Below are positions 52,255 through 64,000 of a DNA stretch of 64,000 nucleotides, one piece after another (position 1 is the stretch's first letter; every line of letters begins with the position of its first letter). The notes beneath the pieces are model-generated. The model saw only the letters and a program-made list of their open reading frames with translations, was not told the origin of the DNA and did no database searches. Origin of the DNA: Octopus sinensis. Taxonomy: Eukaryota. Both the position numbers and the translations under genes were made by a program. Location: contig NC_043000.1 in the NCBI RefSeq assembly GCF_006345805.1, positions 50,034,001 through 50,098,000 on the forward strand, in the 5' to 3' direction.

Positions 52255-52445
52255 AAGTATTTCAATTGGTCATATCTGGCCCACAGATTCTACCTGTTTT
52301 ATGTTCAAACCAGCCTGATCCAGCCGTTCATACCGACCCTACAACATCATTCCAAAAATATACAATTACATCAACGAAATTTCAAACCTCAGAAAATGCA
52401 TGATTAATTCAAAACAATGTGAATAAATAAGCATTACATTTGACG
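52255..52445. mobile_element. piggyBac-type MITE, internal fragment
   Basis: gttttatgttcaaaccag...gattaattcaaaacaatgtgaataaataagcattacatttgac matches 14134-14351. Confidence 0.75.
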
Positions 52446-52509
52446 GTTGTAGCATCTACAATAGGTAATACATGTAGAAATGTAAAAGTGTTAGTCAAGA
52501 AATTCCTAT

Positions 52510-52668
52510 TAATAATAATAATAATAACAATAATAATTGTGTACAGTGCTCAGGTGCACTACAATTCATCTAAAGTGAATATATAATCAGGTGTAGTTTC
52601 GGTGGATTTCGGAAAGCATGAGGGCCTTAAAGGATGCAGTGTCATGGCAGTCAACAACTGACGCAGTT
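52510..52668 (-). mobile_element. CR1/L2-like LINE 3' end with (ATT)n tail
   Basis: Minus frame ASVVDCHDTASFKALMLSEIHRNYT*, followed by a short UTR and (tta)n. Confidence 0.55.
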
Positions 52669-53084
52669 AACCCATTCCTTTAATTCTATTTATTTTGAGA
52701 CTCCATATAATAATCTGTATGCAGTTGATTATATGAATAAATTAGTATGTGAAATATAACATGATAAATCTTAATGTTTGCATAAAATACGATGCTTTGG
52801 ATGGAATATTAATGAAAAGATAATAGCAAAATGGGCAGCAAGAGTGAATTTTGAAATATGTAATGTGGAGAAAAACCTTTCAGACATCTGTTTCATTCTA
52901 AAGAAAAAGTATACACAGTATATAAACAAAAACTGTAATATTTGTAACAATTTAATTCCTCTCTCTGTCTCATACAATAACTACAATCACTAATCACATG
53001 ACTTTGCTTACTTTAAAACACATTTGAAGAACCCACTGTATCAATTTATTTATTTCCACTTAGTGTCTATATGGTCTTACTTAC

Positions 53085-53166
53085 AAGGCCTTTCATTAAA
53101 CATTCTGCCCAAATCTTCATTCTCAAAACTGGGCTCATCTACAACTCTTTTCCAGTTCATATTTTG
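53085..53166 (-). CDS. Candidate 82-nt exon (QNMNWKRVVDEPSFENEDLGRMFNERP)
   Basis: tttctgatag acceptor, gtaagt donor, one open frame; no homologue recognised. Confidence 0.2.
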
Positions 53167-53208
53167 CTATCAGAAATTATCATACAATGTTTCTCACATA
53201 ACTTCATT

Positions 53209-53415
53209 ATGCAGCATGGAATTTTGTCAGTGAACAGGTCGTGGTCTCAAAGCGACGAAAATATTTTGACAAGTTAAATTTAAATGTTGAAGTGAATCTA
53301 ACGGATTTTGAGTGTTTCTTAGATGGCTTATAAACACCTTCCATGCTGCAATTATTTTCGTTCCAACACACAATCTCAGATCAGGTCACTTGCTATGCAA
53401 GTACATCTCCGTAAT
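53209..53415. mobile_element. Unclassified short repeat, copy 2 (more complete)
   Basis: gcagcatggaa (53211-21) and ttccatgctgc (53339-49) form an inverted repeat; matches 39986-40158. Confidence 0.85.
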
Positions 53416-54775
53416 TCATTATACCATTATCCAGAAAATGTTTGGTGAGCAGTTACAAATATAACTTTGCATGCGTAATACCCCTTTACTTGCTTCTCCT
53501 GCTAATACTATAAATATAATCAATTTCCCACCCAACAGTGAGTTCACCTAAATGACAACATGTAGCAATGTCTTCAACTTATGCAGGATTGATGTTGTTC
53601 CTTGTTAAAGAATTTTTCCCTGCTAGTCTTTGAACCATGTCTTTGGTTCTTCGGCTGTGTTGAACATTGTGTAGCTTGCTGTAGAGGACCTTATAGAGCA
53701 CCAAGAGCCAGACATACACTCTACATGTCTGAAGCATAAATACACCGAAAACCAGCACACCCATTTTTACACTAATATTTGCTTAGCGTAAGGAATTTTA
53801 AATGTATAGATTATGCCTATCTTTGAATATTCTAAAACAATCAAATTTATAACATCAATAAAGACAACTAAACATTATTGTCATTAATTTTCTGGCATTT
53901 AACCTTATAAGGAAAAATTGAAAGTAAATGCAATAATTGTACATGAATATTGTGGCTGCAACTTTTATAGTTTATGCCTCGATTAGAATGCTTTCCGGTC
54001 ATTCACATCAAATTGTGATATCTACTATTATAGCTGATTGAAGTTTATATAAAGTCATCTATCTCAGAATCAACCAAGCTTATTGACATTTGACATCAGT
54101 GATCAGTTGGAAACAGTGAAATTCTGGCAGAAATTATTAAATAAGAATAATGCAGTAACATCACGTTGTGAGTCTGTGTACAAACATGCACGTGCATGTG
54201 TGTGATTAATATACATTTAAGACTGCATGTTTTAAGAAGGCTGCACACTATCTAGCAAACCGGTCAACTAAAAGATTTCTTAGTTTCTGACATTAAGTAC
54301 TATGATGCCAGTGGCTTCTATTATTTGTCCAAGGTTAAACAACAGGAAATACAATGGAATAACTTCAGCACAATTCGTTTTAAATTATTATTATATTCCT
54401 CTGTCCAGAAAGCTTTTGGATAATGCAATTCAATGCAAGCCTTCTCTTTGTGTTTTGAATGTATTTATAACATTACTAATTCAATACTTAATATAGCTAT
54501 AACTTAATAAAAACTTAATCTTTTCTCAGGTTATTGGTCACTAATTACTTTGCTCTTAGTGTTATAGTATGAAACACATCATCTTTTAGTCATGAGAGCT
54601 ATTAGTTATAGTGTTGATTCTTCATTCTATTTTGTTTCTCCAGCATTCATGCACTGAAGAAGGTGGTAATCCATATCTTCACCATGTGATCATCTAAACT
54701 ACCATTTCATATTATCCTGGCACAATTCACTTTTTAATATAATTTATTTTCAAACTAAGGTTTTACCATTTATGC

Positions 54776-55050
54776 ATTTCATTTCATTTCATTTGGGTTT
54801 GAGTCCATGCTCAGGCCAAGTCGAAGACTCCACCCTCAGAGTCTGGTGTGGTTGCCAGGTTGTATTCTCTGCTTAATTTTGACATGTGTAGGAGCGAGTT
54901 TGAGTCAGTTTGTGCTCGTTGTGTATATCCTGGGAGATGGGGTTCATCTCTAATGGTGCTTAAGTATCTATCCAGTTGCAATTTGAATGATTCCACACTG
55001 CATCCTGATAGATTTCTGACATGTACCGGAATGGAGTTGAACATAAGAAT
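54776..55050 (-). mobile_element. 5'-truncated CR1/L2/Daphne-like LINE 3' end with (GAAAT)n tail
   Basis: Open minus frame FNSIPVHVRNLSGCSVESFKLQLDRYLSTIRDEPHLPGYTQRAQTDSNSLLHM resembles ORF2 C-termini of invertebrate CR1-group LINEs; tail gaaatgaaatgaaatg. Confidence 0.85.
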
Positions 55051-56273
55051 GCATCTACTTCATATGCTCTTTTTTTTTCTATAATCCATTAATTTATTTT
55101 TAATAATTTAGCTTTCTTTCCTTTTGAGAAATGTAAAATCTACTTTAATGCAGGAGCTACATACAGAGTCTCAAAACAAATGTTTGCAGTGGAGAATATC
55201 TATTCATCTAACTCACTATGCCAGTCTGTATTGAAAAACTCTTTTGGAGATATAAGTATGCAAAGCAATTAGTCCATCTAATGAACTAGTACTTTTGGGT
55301 TTTATTACAACTGTCACTCCCAGCTTGAGGACATAAAAATTATCATAACAATAAAATAAAATCAATTTCCCATAGAACATTGATTTATGGTTCAATACTC
55401 ATTGGAAATTGAATTTGTCTTGTAACAATTTTTAAAAAAAAAATTTATTATTTTCATTTATTTATGGTTTATATTTCTTTCTTTAAATTATATAGATTCT
55501 CCTTCTTCTTCTTCTCATTATTATTATTGAAAACCTGACTGACTAAATGGTAAAATGATGGGATTACAACAGAAATATCTCCTGTGGATAGTTAGGTCAT
55601 TCTGTCTGAAACCTAACAGAGGTTATCTTGTTTGGCAAGGTCATATCATGAGCTATAAACTATTTCATTTTCCTCATTCAAACTCCACATGGGTGTATGT
55701 ATGTTTGTGTGAAAATGTGCATGAGTTTTGTGTGTACATATGTGTTCTATGTACTCTGTATGTCTGTGTTTTTGTCAATATTCAACCAAATAACAGGACT
55801 GTCTAATTAAGTCTCAGTGATAAGAAATTCTAGTAATAGGCAATAAAAGAAAATAATAAAACTGAAAAAAATATGAAAAAAATATTGTAAAATTACTATT
55901 ATTGTCTATTTGTTGTTTTCTCTTTTTTTCTTTTCTTCTAACTTTTTTTTCATTTCCAAATGGTAAAACTTTCTTAGTCAAAACACTGTAAAAGATTTAA
56001 AGAACAGCAAAGAACAAAGCTGATATTGATTTTTGTTCTGAGTTTTTTTTTTTTCATTTTTAAAAAAAAATTAGTTGTAGAGGTTAAGAGACTATATGAT
56101 TATAATTTTTTTACATCAAGTCTTTTATTCCTGTTAAAACTCATACGTGATCCTTAATTTTTCTAAATCTCCTATTTCATGGATGAAACCAATACAACTA
56201 CTGAACATGAAATTGAGAGGAAACCAGAGTATACTATATAAGAACCTATAATATATATATGCATATATACTCA

Positions 56274-56337
<64 letters not shown>

Positions 56338-56689
56338 TACACACACACACATATACACACACAGACATATATACACACATACAAACACATATACTCATAA
56401 ACGCATATATATTTGTGTATATATCATGTGTATAATATATCTGAAATAGAAGCACACTCTAAAGCATAGAGTAGTAATGTATTTATGTGCAATTAAGTAT
56501 ATGTATAGTCATAGAGTGGCAAATGGTTTCACATCCATAAAGCATTAGCTTTATAGAAGACTTGTCAGACTCTGATAGCAAAAAGCCATATCTTCACCAT
56601 TAGAGTCTGATGAATCATCCATAGTGTTAAGCACTTTATGAATGGAAACAATTGGTCCCTCTATGGCCAGACATATACATAACTGCATT

Positions 56690-56764
<75 letters not shown>

Positions 56765-56765
56765 A

Positions 56766-57669
56766 TTGGGTCACCACATAGATAATGCGATTTATTTTAT
56801 ACTTCTTTTAGTTTTCAAAATAAAGACAAAGTTTTTTCTTAATCTAAAATATACTCTCTTTCAATTTCCATCTATCTGGTAGACTTGCAAGGCCCCATTC
56901 CAAAATACACTTGTCTGTGATGAAAAATACTCCTCTTGTAATGTTCAGGCCTCGCCTATAGAATTCATACGTTTTTTTTGTCCAAATTATTCCAAAGACT
57001 GCAGAATAGATTATAATCAGCGGGGGAAATGTCCAGTGAATATGGTGGGTGAGACATTGTTTCCCATTTAAACTGCTCCAGCCTCTGGAATGTCATCCTC
57101 GCTGGGTGTGACCAAACATTATCTTGATGGAAAGACACCTTTCCTTTTGAAACCAAAGATGGTTGTTTTTCTTCTAGTGTTGACTTGAATGATTGGTTGA
57201 ATTGATGAAACCAAGCGACTCTGCTAGTTCTTCAACAGTTACAATGGGATTTTGTTCCACCAGGGTTTGCTGGATGTCCTCGTCGAGCTCTACAGATATT
57301 CCAGGATGAGACTCATCTTCTAGGCTGTAGTTTCTGGTTCAGAATTTCTGGAATCACCGTTGACACTGGGTTAAGCTTTTTGTCTGATCCCCATATACTG
57401 CATTAATATTCCTTACACTTTCCATTGAATTGTTGCCTTTATTGAATTCATAAAACAAAATATGCCAAATATGCTCCTTTGTCACTTCCATTATAGCATT
57501 AAAACAATAACTGTTAAAATCTAACTGCACTCTTCAAAACTTGCACTAAGAATAAGTACAAGGTAAAATTACTACCTGCTTTTATAGCAAGTTGATACAG
57601 GTAGTTTATCCTGCCTCCAATTTTTAGTTCATGCAATTGAAAAACTGCATTATTTATGGGATGATCCAA
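56766..57669 (-). mobile_element. Internally deleted mariner (Tc1/mariner) transposon with TIRs and TA TSD
   Basis: TIRs ttgggtcaccacatagataatgcg and cattatttatgggatgatccaa, each flanked by TA. Transposase relics HQDNVWSH and HPPYSLDISPADYNLFCSL, plus an HTH-region LEDE.HPG...LDEDILQTLVEQNPIVTVEELAESL. Confidence 0.92.
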
Positions 57670-57837
57670 TATATATGCTTACACACATACATACATATAC
57701 ACATACATATACGTATGTACATATACATACATATACATATCCACATATTATACTCACACACATACATTTATATATGTGCACACACACACATATATATGTG
57801 TGTGTGTGTGTACATGTATACATGCATACACACACAC

Positions 57838-57899
<62 letters not shown>

Positions 57900-58095
57900 G
57901 AGAATATAAATATTATTAAAATAATATCAATATCCAGCAAGAATAAAGTACCATATAGGTAGAATTATAAATATATAAAGCATGGGAATACGAAGTATAA
58001 TCATTGCTAAAAATAGCAGCTGATAAGTTTCTGGGGCAGGATATTTACAGGCAGAGATGTGTGCGGGCGATGAATACAAAAAAATTCTGTCTTAC

Positions 58096-58177
58096 CTCTA
58101 CGGAGACCATTAGAGGAATAATGGATAACTGAATACTGCTGTTTCAGACTCTTCAGATCACGTGCATGAGCATGAAT
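58096..58177 (-). CDS. Candidate 82-nt exon (IHAHARDLKSLKQQYSVIHYSSNGLRR)
   Basis: Pyrimidine-rich upstream region, aatcag acceptor, AGAG|gtaaga donor, one open frame; no homologue recognised. Confidence 0.25.
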
Positions 58178-59801
58178 CTGATTGGTGATTGTCAGTTGAG
58201 AGAGATATATATGAGAGAGAGAGAGAGAGGGAGATACAGAAATACAGAGATATGGATTGAAAGAATCCACTTTTAGCAAGTTGCCATACAGGGATAGAGA
58301 GCAAGAAGAAGCTATATATGCAGATAAATATGTTTGTTCAATTATATTAAATAAATGTTGCCAGGATTGGATCTGATTAAAATTGAAAGTGAATATTTCT
58401 TTCTCAAAACAAAAATAGTAATAACTGAAGACCTTTTCCTATGAAGAACAAGATTATTGAATGTTTTCTACATTCTTGATTCAAGATTTCAATTAAACAA
58501 TCAATCAACTCTATTCCTTTAATGCTAATTGTTTGACTATTTCATTGCCAAACACTCTTTGGAAGGGTATTTACCAATCCTTTTCATTTCTATCATGGTA
58601 ATAATTGGCATTGCAAATTTAATTAAGTTGGGAAATCTTTAGAAAGATCAAAGATATTTCTTTCCTAAAATTAGCAAATTTATTCTTTGGTTTTGAGGAT
58701 TTATTTAAGTCATGATTAAAAACAAAACTCTCTGAATTCTATGTAATGGCAACGACTAGCTAAATTCATTTTGATAATGACATATAATTGTTATTAAATC
58801 TAATAAACAATATACAAAGATATCTACCTTCAGAAGATATAACAAATTTTATTATATAGAATTATTTACCCCATATTTCTCTGCTAATGTCTTCCTTCTT
58901 GTTCCTCCTTTTCAACCATAATCACATAGAAGGTCACATTTTCCCTTTTGCCAAAAGACATTAAGGAAGAAATCAACCATATTCAGCACTTTTAGCAAGT
59001 TGCCAATTTTGGCAATTTTATGTAGGAAGTACCCCTCGATGTAAATATAATGAAGTCATAGTTAATCCTGAGTGAATACATGCATAAAATATCTAGCTTC
59101 ACCATTCATGTCTGAGGAATTGTTAGAATCTATAGAATTTCTTTAACTACTAGATCTTTGAAAATCAATTCTACAGTTTTATTCATTGTATTTATTTTTT
59201 TTATCTAAAATTGTTAAGCTACTACAGTTACTAAGTCAAGATGTTCTCTATGTTAAACATTTTGTTACATAGGAATTCAACTTTGCATAAAAGTGGACTT
59301 GAAAAATAAATTTCAATATAGACATTAATATGTGATTTGTTCTTTGTAAAGTTTAGCAGTTGATAAATGATTAAAAAGAAAATCAATTATTCTCCTTCCA
59401 ATGTACTAGAATTTGTTAACATAAAAATTATTATTAGATTTAATAACAAGTAAAGTTTTATAACAAGAAGTGTTACAAACACATATGTTAATGAACAGTT
59501 TTCATATATCAACCTTGTGAACTACAATAAAAATGTTCTTAGTTTAAACAACTGTAATTAAAGCCATTCAGACATATACCACTTTTGTTAAATTATGAAT
59601 ATTCCATGCTTATACATATTTTCTTAAAAAGTTGTATCTATTAACTAAGTCCAAGGCAAAATTTTAAATGAAAATAAATGGTCATTCAAATCAAACTAAT
59701 ACATTTATAAATTTACTACTAGTCATTTTGTTGATCAGTATCGTACTCTCGTTGAGTAAGTTTGGATGTGGGGTATATTATTAGTAAAATGTAATATGAA
59801 G

Positions 59802-60072
59802 CAAGTGTCCCCAACCACCGAGCCATGAACCAGCACTGGGTCATGGATCATTTGATACTGGGCCACACAGAAAGAATAAATTTTAAACTTTATTTCAATT
59901 TTATTGACTATTGTAGTCTGTAGGGTGTTTTTGTATTATATATGAAATAATTAAATTATATATTATGCACTTCATTGTGTTTTGTTATGCAAGGATCCAT
60001 CACCCCATGGCAAAAAACTGTCTTGCATGAAACCAGTTAATAAAGTAAAAAAAAAAAGGTCGAGAACTGCTG
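59802..60072. mobile_element. hAT (Charlie-like) non-autonomous element
   Basis: Left end caagtgtccccaacc and right end aaaaggtcgagaactgctg resemble cagtggtccccaacc...ggttggggaccactg termini; no clean 8-bp TSD. Confidence 0.55.
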
Positions 60073-61289
60073 ATAAAATTATTATGTACTATTAAAATTA
60101 TGTACTATGTAAAATTATTATGTACTAAAATTTGCATCTTTTCTCAGTTATTAGCTTCAATTATTATTTTATGTTTTCCTAAAACTAATTAGATCCTTAG
60201 TAATATGAATTTTCTAAACCAGAAATAAATCATTGTCAATATGTTCTTTTGAATTTGTCCTTTTGGTCACTCATGAACATGTTCTTGTTGTTGCAGCAGA
60301 GATTGTATGCAACATTAGCTTAACTTTCAAAAGAAGCCATTTCAAGACAGAATGTCCTTACTAACACCAGTTGTTCTATTTAAAAAAATCTGACTTTTGT
60401 CAAGATTCCTGCTGCATAAAATTTGACAACCAGAAGCATAAATCATGCTTGAAATACTTGTAGCAGAGTTTGGCTACAAATTCCAACATCCTACCTACTT
60501 AGCCATAGTCTACTATTCAAGATTTCTTTTCTCTCAAGAGGTTAGAAATATAAAATTCCCTTCATGAATAATGATCAGACATATTGACTACAACAGCCAT
60601 ATGAATAACATTTAGATAAATTTGCTATAAGTACCATATCACTTAATTGTCAAAATTAATATATCTGACAGCCGAAATGAACGCAGTTCAATTTTCCTGA
60701 TAATAAGTTTTCTTCCAATATACACCAGGCCTCATTGTTATCATTACCAAAATATTCCAAATGAGTTGGCCTTGTGCAAAAAGCCATGTAATTACGTTTC
60801 AGATTACAGATTGCCTTCATCTTGTAATTTGTATAACAGACACTTAAGAGGTGAATATATATTACCAAAATATTACTGATACGCAGCTGCTATTAATGAA
60901 GGTAGCTTCAAGTTAGTCGATCAATGACAGCAATGTAATGAGTTTTACAATAGATTTTATTCTTGAGTTTCCTATGTCAGTATCAATGCACATTTCGGTT
61001 GAATTTACATAGTCATTTTTTTTTTCTTTTCTTTTCTTTTCTGATTAGAAAACTCTATTATTATTATCTTGTACTAATGCTAACAGAAAAGTAAATGTAA
61101 CTTAGACAACATGCAAACACTTTGTAGATAATCATGTTCTCTATGAAAGTTATTTTATCAATTAACGATATGGAGAAAAATTTCTTGTAATCAATTGGCT
61201 TGCCATGGGCATCAACTTTTGCTTCTTATCTTAAAATATTCTTTCCAAGTTATTCTGTTAATTTCATGGCATAATCATCATCATAACCA

Positions 61290-61322
61290 TTATTATCTTT
61301 ACTGTAACTATCATTATTATTA

Positions 61323-61362
<40 letters not shown>

Positions 61363-61445
61363 TATTATTATTATTATTATTATTAGCAGGAGTAGTAGTA
61401 GTAGTATCATTATTATTATTATTATCATTATTATTATTACTGTTA
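61290..61445. repeat. (ATT)n/(GTA)n trinucleotide array
   Basis: Directly visible. Confidence 0.95.
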
Positions 61446-62289
61446 TCAGTATCATCAGTGCCAACAAAAGCCCAAAGTCACTATATTACTGCAAGTAGTG
61501 AAACAGATTAAAATCTTTGCCTCTACAAAGGAATTGGGACACACCTGCAGCAATCTTAATATCCCTTACAACTGACTGCATATGGCTTCAAAACACGTAA
61601 AGAAATACGCACCTACACACATACACACACACGCACACATACATGCACACGCACACACACACACACATACACACTCACACACACACTCACATAATACGTG
61701 TGTTATGTATGTGTGTGTGTGTGTGTGTGCATCTGTGTATGCATGCATGTGTGTGCATGTGTCTGTGTGTTTTACTACTGCAAAGGGTTCACCCTTGTGG
61801 CTATATAATACATCATTTCCAAACCAAAAACATATATTCAACTGTTATATAAGAGGCCTTTGTATTTTGTTGATGAATTTAATCTGTAAGGAAATGCTAT
61901 ATTCGAGTTCTGCATGCATTTCCAAGAGGCAAAATATGATTTCCTCTTTTAGTTATAAGCATAAACATACACAATGCTGCATATAATTATGTACATGTAT
62001 ATGTGTATATGTGTATATGTATATATATATGCATTATATTATGTTTGTATATACAAATGCACACACACACATATGCATACACACACTTGTATAGACATTA
62101 CAGTATGTTTGTCTACACAAATATACATATACACCATTGTCATCATCATCATCATCATCATCATCATGTAATGCACATTTTCTATGATGGCATGAGTTAA
62201 ACATTCTGGTAGAAGATGGATGGCAAGTCAGAAGACTGCACCAAACTCTACACACACGCACAAACACACATACACACACATGCACACAT

Positions 62290-62471
62290 ACACAAGGAGT
62301 AAAGTGATTGACATTAGAAAGGGCATCAGGCCATAGAAACCATGTCAAGGCAACCAATGGCACATGATGTAGTTGTTGGACTCAATGGATCAAATGAGTT
62401 TAAGAACTACATCACAGATCCTGTCAAACTATCCAACCAATACCAGCATGGAACATGCATGTTAAATAATG

Positions 62472-62510
<39 letters not shown>
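62290..62510 (+). mobile_element. Diverged family-E-like tail with (ATT)n
   Basis: gacattagaaagggcatcaggccatagaaacc...aaactatccaaccaataccagcatggaaca. Confidence 0.6.
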
Positions 62511-62512
<2 letters not shown>

Positions 62513-62821
62513 GCTATGTGTATGTATGATGATGATGATTATGCTATGTGTATATATGGATCAGCCAGGTGACAAATTTTTGAATTCATATAGATATCAA
62601 TAAAAAGGGTTACTAAATTCACAGATGTTTGTGGTAAATGCAGAAGGGAGTAGGGACGACTAGAACAGAGTGGGCTCTTAAGGATTCAAGTCAGCTATAT
62701 CCAGAGTGGTATGCAAAGCTTCATTATAAAATTGTATGTTCCATATGCATAACAGTCAGCAAAGAATGTGGCTAAGTGGACAATAGGGTGAAAGCAAAAC
62801 AACAAACAGACCAGCTATTAC

Positions 62822-63195
62822 TAGCCATATGCATTGCATGTTCATACTAATGCAGGCTCCTCTCTTACAAACTACATCAGATCCCTATTATATCCAATTT
62901 TCCTTTCAATTCATGCACACTAACATAACACATTCAGCAGAGCATATTTGCTTCATTTTTCCCCAGCCTTTGCACACACCTTGCATTCAATGCTTTGTTT
63001 TGCTACTATGCAACACTGCACTTCGCAATGCAAGTATCATGCAATCTACCCTTCACTTGAAAGAAAAACGCTTTGTTACCAGCAGAGACAATAGCCCTCT
63101 GAACTTTTACCATTCTGTTTTTACTCTTGTTACAATCATTTCAGAGCACCCACTTCCACTATTATTTATGCTGCAAAGATAACAAAACTAATTCT
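62822..63195 (-). pseudogene. RTE-clade LINE reverse transcriptase C-terminal relic
   Basis: Frameshifted minus translation CSEMIVTRVKTEW*KFRGLLSLLVTKRFS..VKGRLHDTCI..RLGKNEANMLC*MCYVSVH..LKGKLDIIGI*CSL*ERSLH*YEH follows the RTE pattern (R.R.AW.KFRELL.LL..K......KGRLY..C...LERNE..MLRWM...LRW.GH). Confidence 0.85.
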
Positions 63196-64000
63196 ATGGA
63201 ACCTGCCAAGGAACTGAAAGAATTTTGCAGGTGCCTCTCAAATGATGATGATAATGATACATATTACTCACACATGGACACAGACACACACATATTTACA
63301 CACATATAACTTGGGGGTTAGCTGTAAACTCCTCAAGAAACACTCACTACCTGATGACCTGCTATGTGACTTCAGAGTTGCTGGATTAATCTACCCCAAC
63401 AAATAATTAGAACAAAACACATTAGAATAAAACACATTGCTTATCTAAAAATGTTTCACAAGGCTATATTTCTTGTAAACTTGAGGATGCTTACATTAAC
63501 CTAAAGTGTAGCTTTTATTGTCCCCCATGACTGTTACAATATATCACATTTCAATAGTTACACTTTTGCAATTCAAGAGCAGAAGATGCTGCAGAATATC
63601 AAATGAACAAAAGAGATAGTGAAACCTTCAAACCTCTGAGATGTGACCCCAAAATTTTGGTTATGTCATATTTCTGTAGAAAGCATTAGAAATGTGATCA
63701 GCAATATCCTAAAATTGTCATTAATGTACATTATACAATACCATCTATAGGAAAGAACATCTTATAATAAATATAGAGAATACTCTTATTATTGACTACA
63801 CCCATATGTTTCAATGCAAAAGTAATTTGGTGGAATATTCTCACCAAAACTATGGTTCAGTGAATACATGAGGTATATAGAAAACTTATGTACAGTAACA
63901 GAGGTCAGCTGCCTTGTGAATGTGGACATTTATTTCAAAATCACTGAGAAAGAAATTATTTACAAACAACTGATTTGAAACCAATAGATTTTCTACATAG

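Noticed and set aside
60070-60130. Three copies of aaaattat(tat)gtact
   Set aside because: An ordinary short slippage duplication.

Overview
AT-rich, repeat-dense animal genomic DNA, most likely intronic or intergenic sequence from an octopus. The organism call is an inference from my recollection of the SINE and MITE families and the very high microsatellite load; it was not verified. No protein-coding gene could be recognised with confidence. Most ORFs in the supplied track are microsatellite artefacts (YI/TH/CV/LL runs). Supported content: many copies of at least four tRNA-headed or RTE-tailed SINE-like families, and four piggyBac-type (TTAA) MITE copies. There is also a TA-flanked, internally deleted mariner, a hAT-like MITE, degenerate LINE coding relics (RTE endonuclease, RTE RT, two CR1/L2-like 3' ends), two Penelope-like GIY-YIG relics and three long fold-back palindromes. 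The best lead is a 736-bp TG...CA element with a 6-bp target-site duplication (43551-44286) carrying a degenerate type I hammerhead ribozyme fold (44063-44166). A more speculative lead is a decayed minus-strand frame at about 45600-46075 with TnpB/Fanzor-like RuvC motifs in the expected order. No rRNA, genuine tRNA or CRISPR array was seen.
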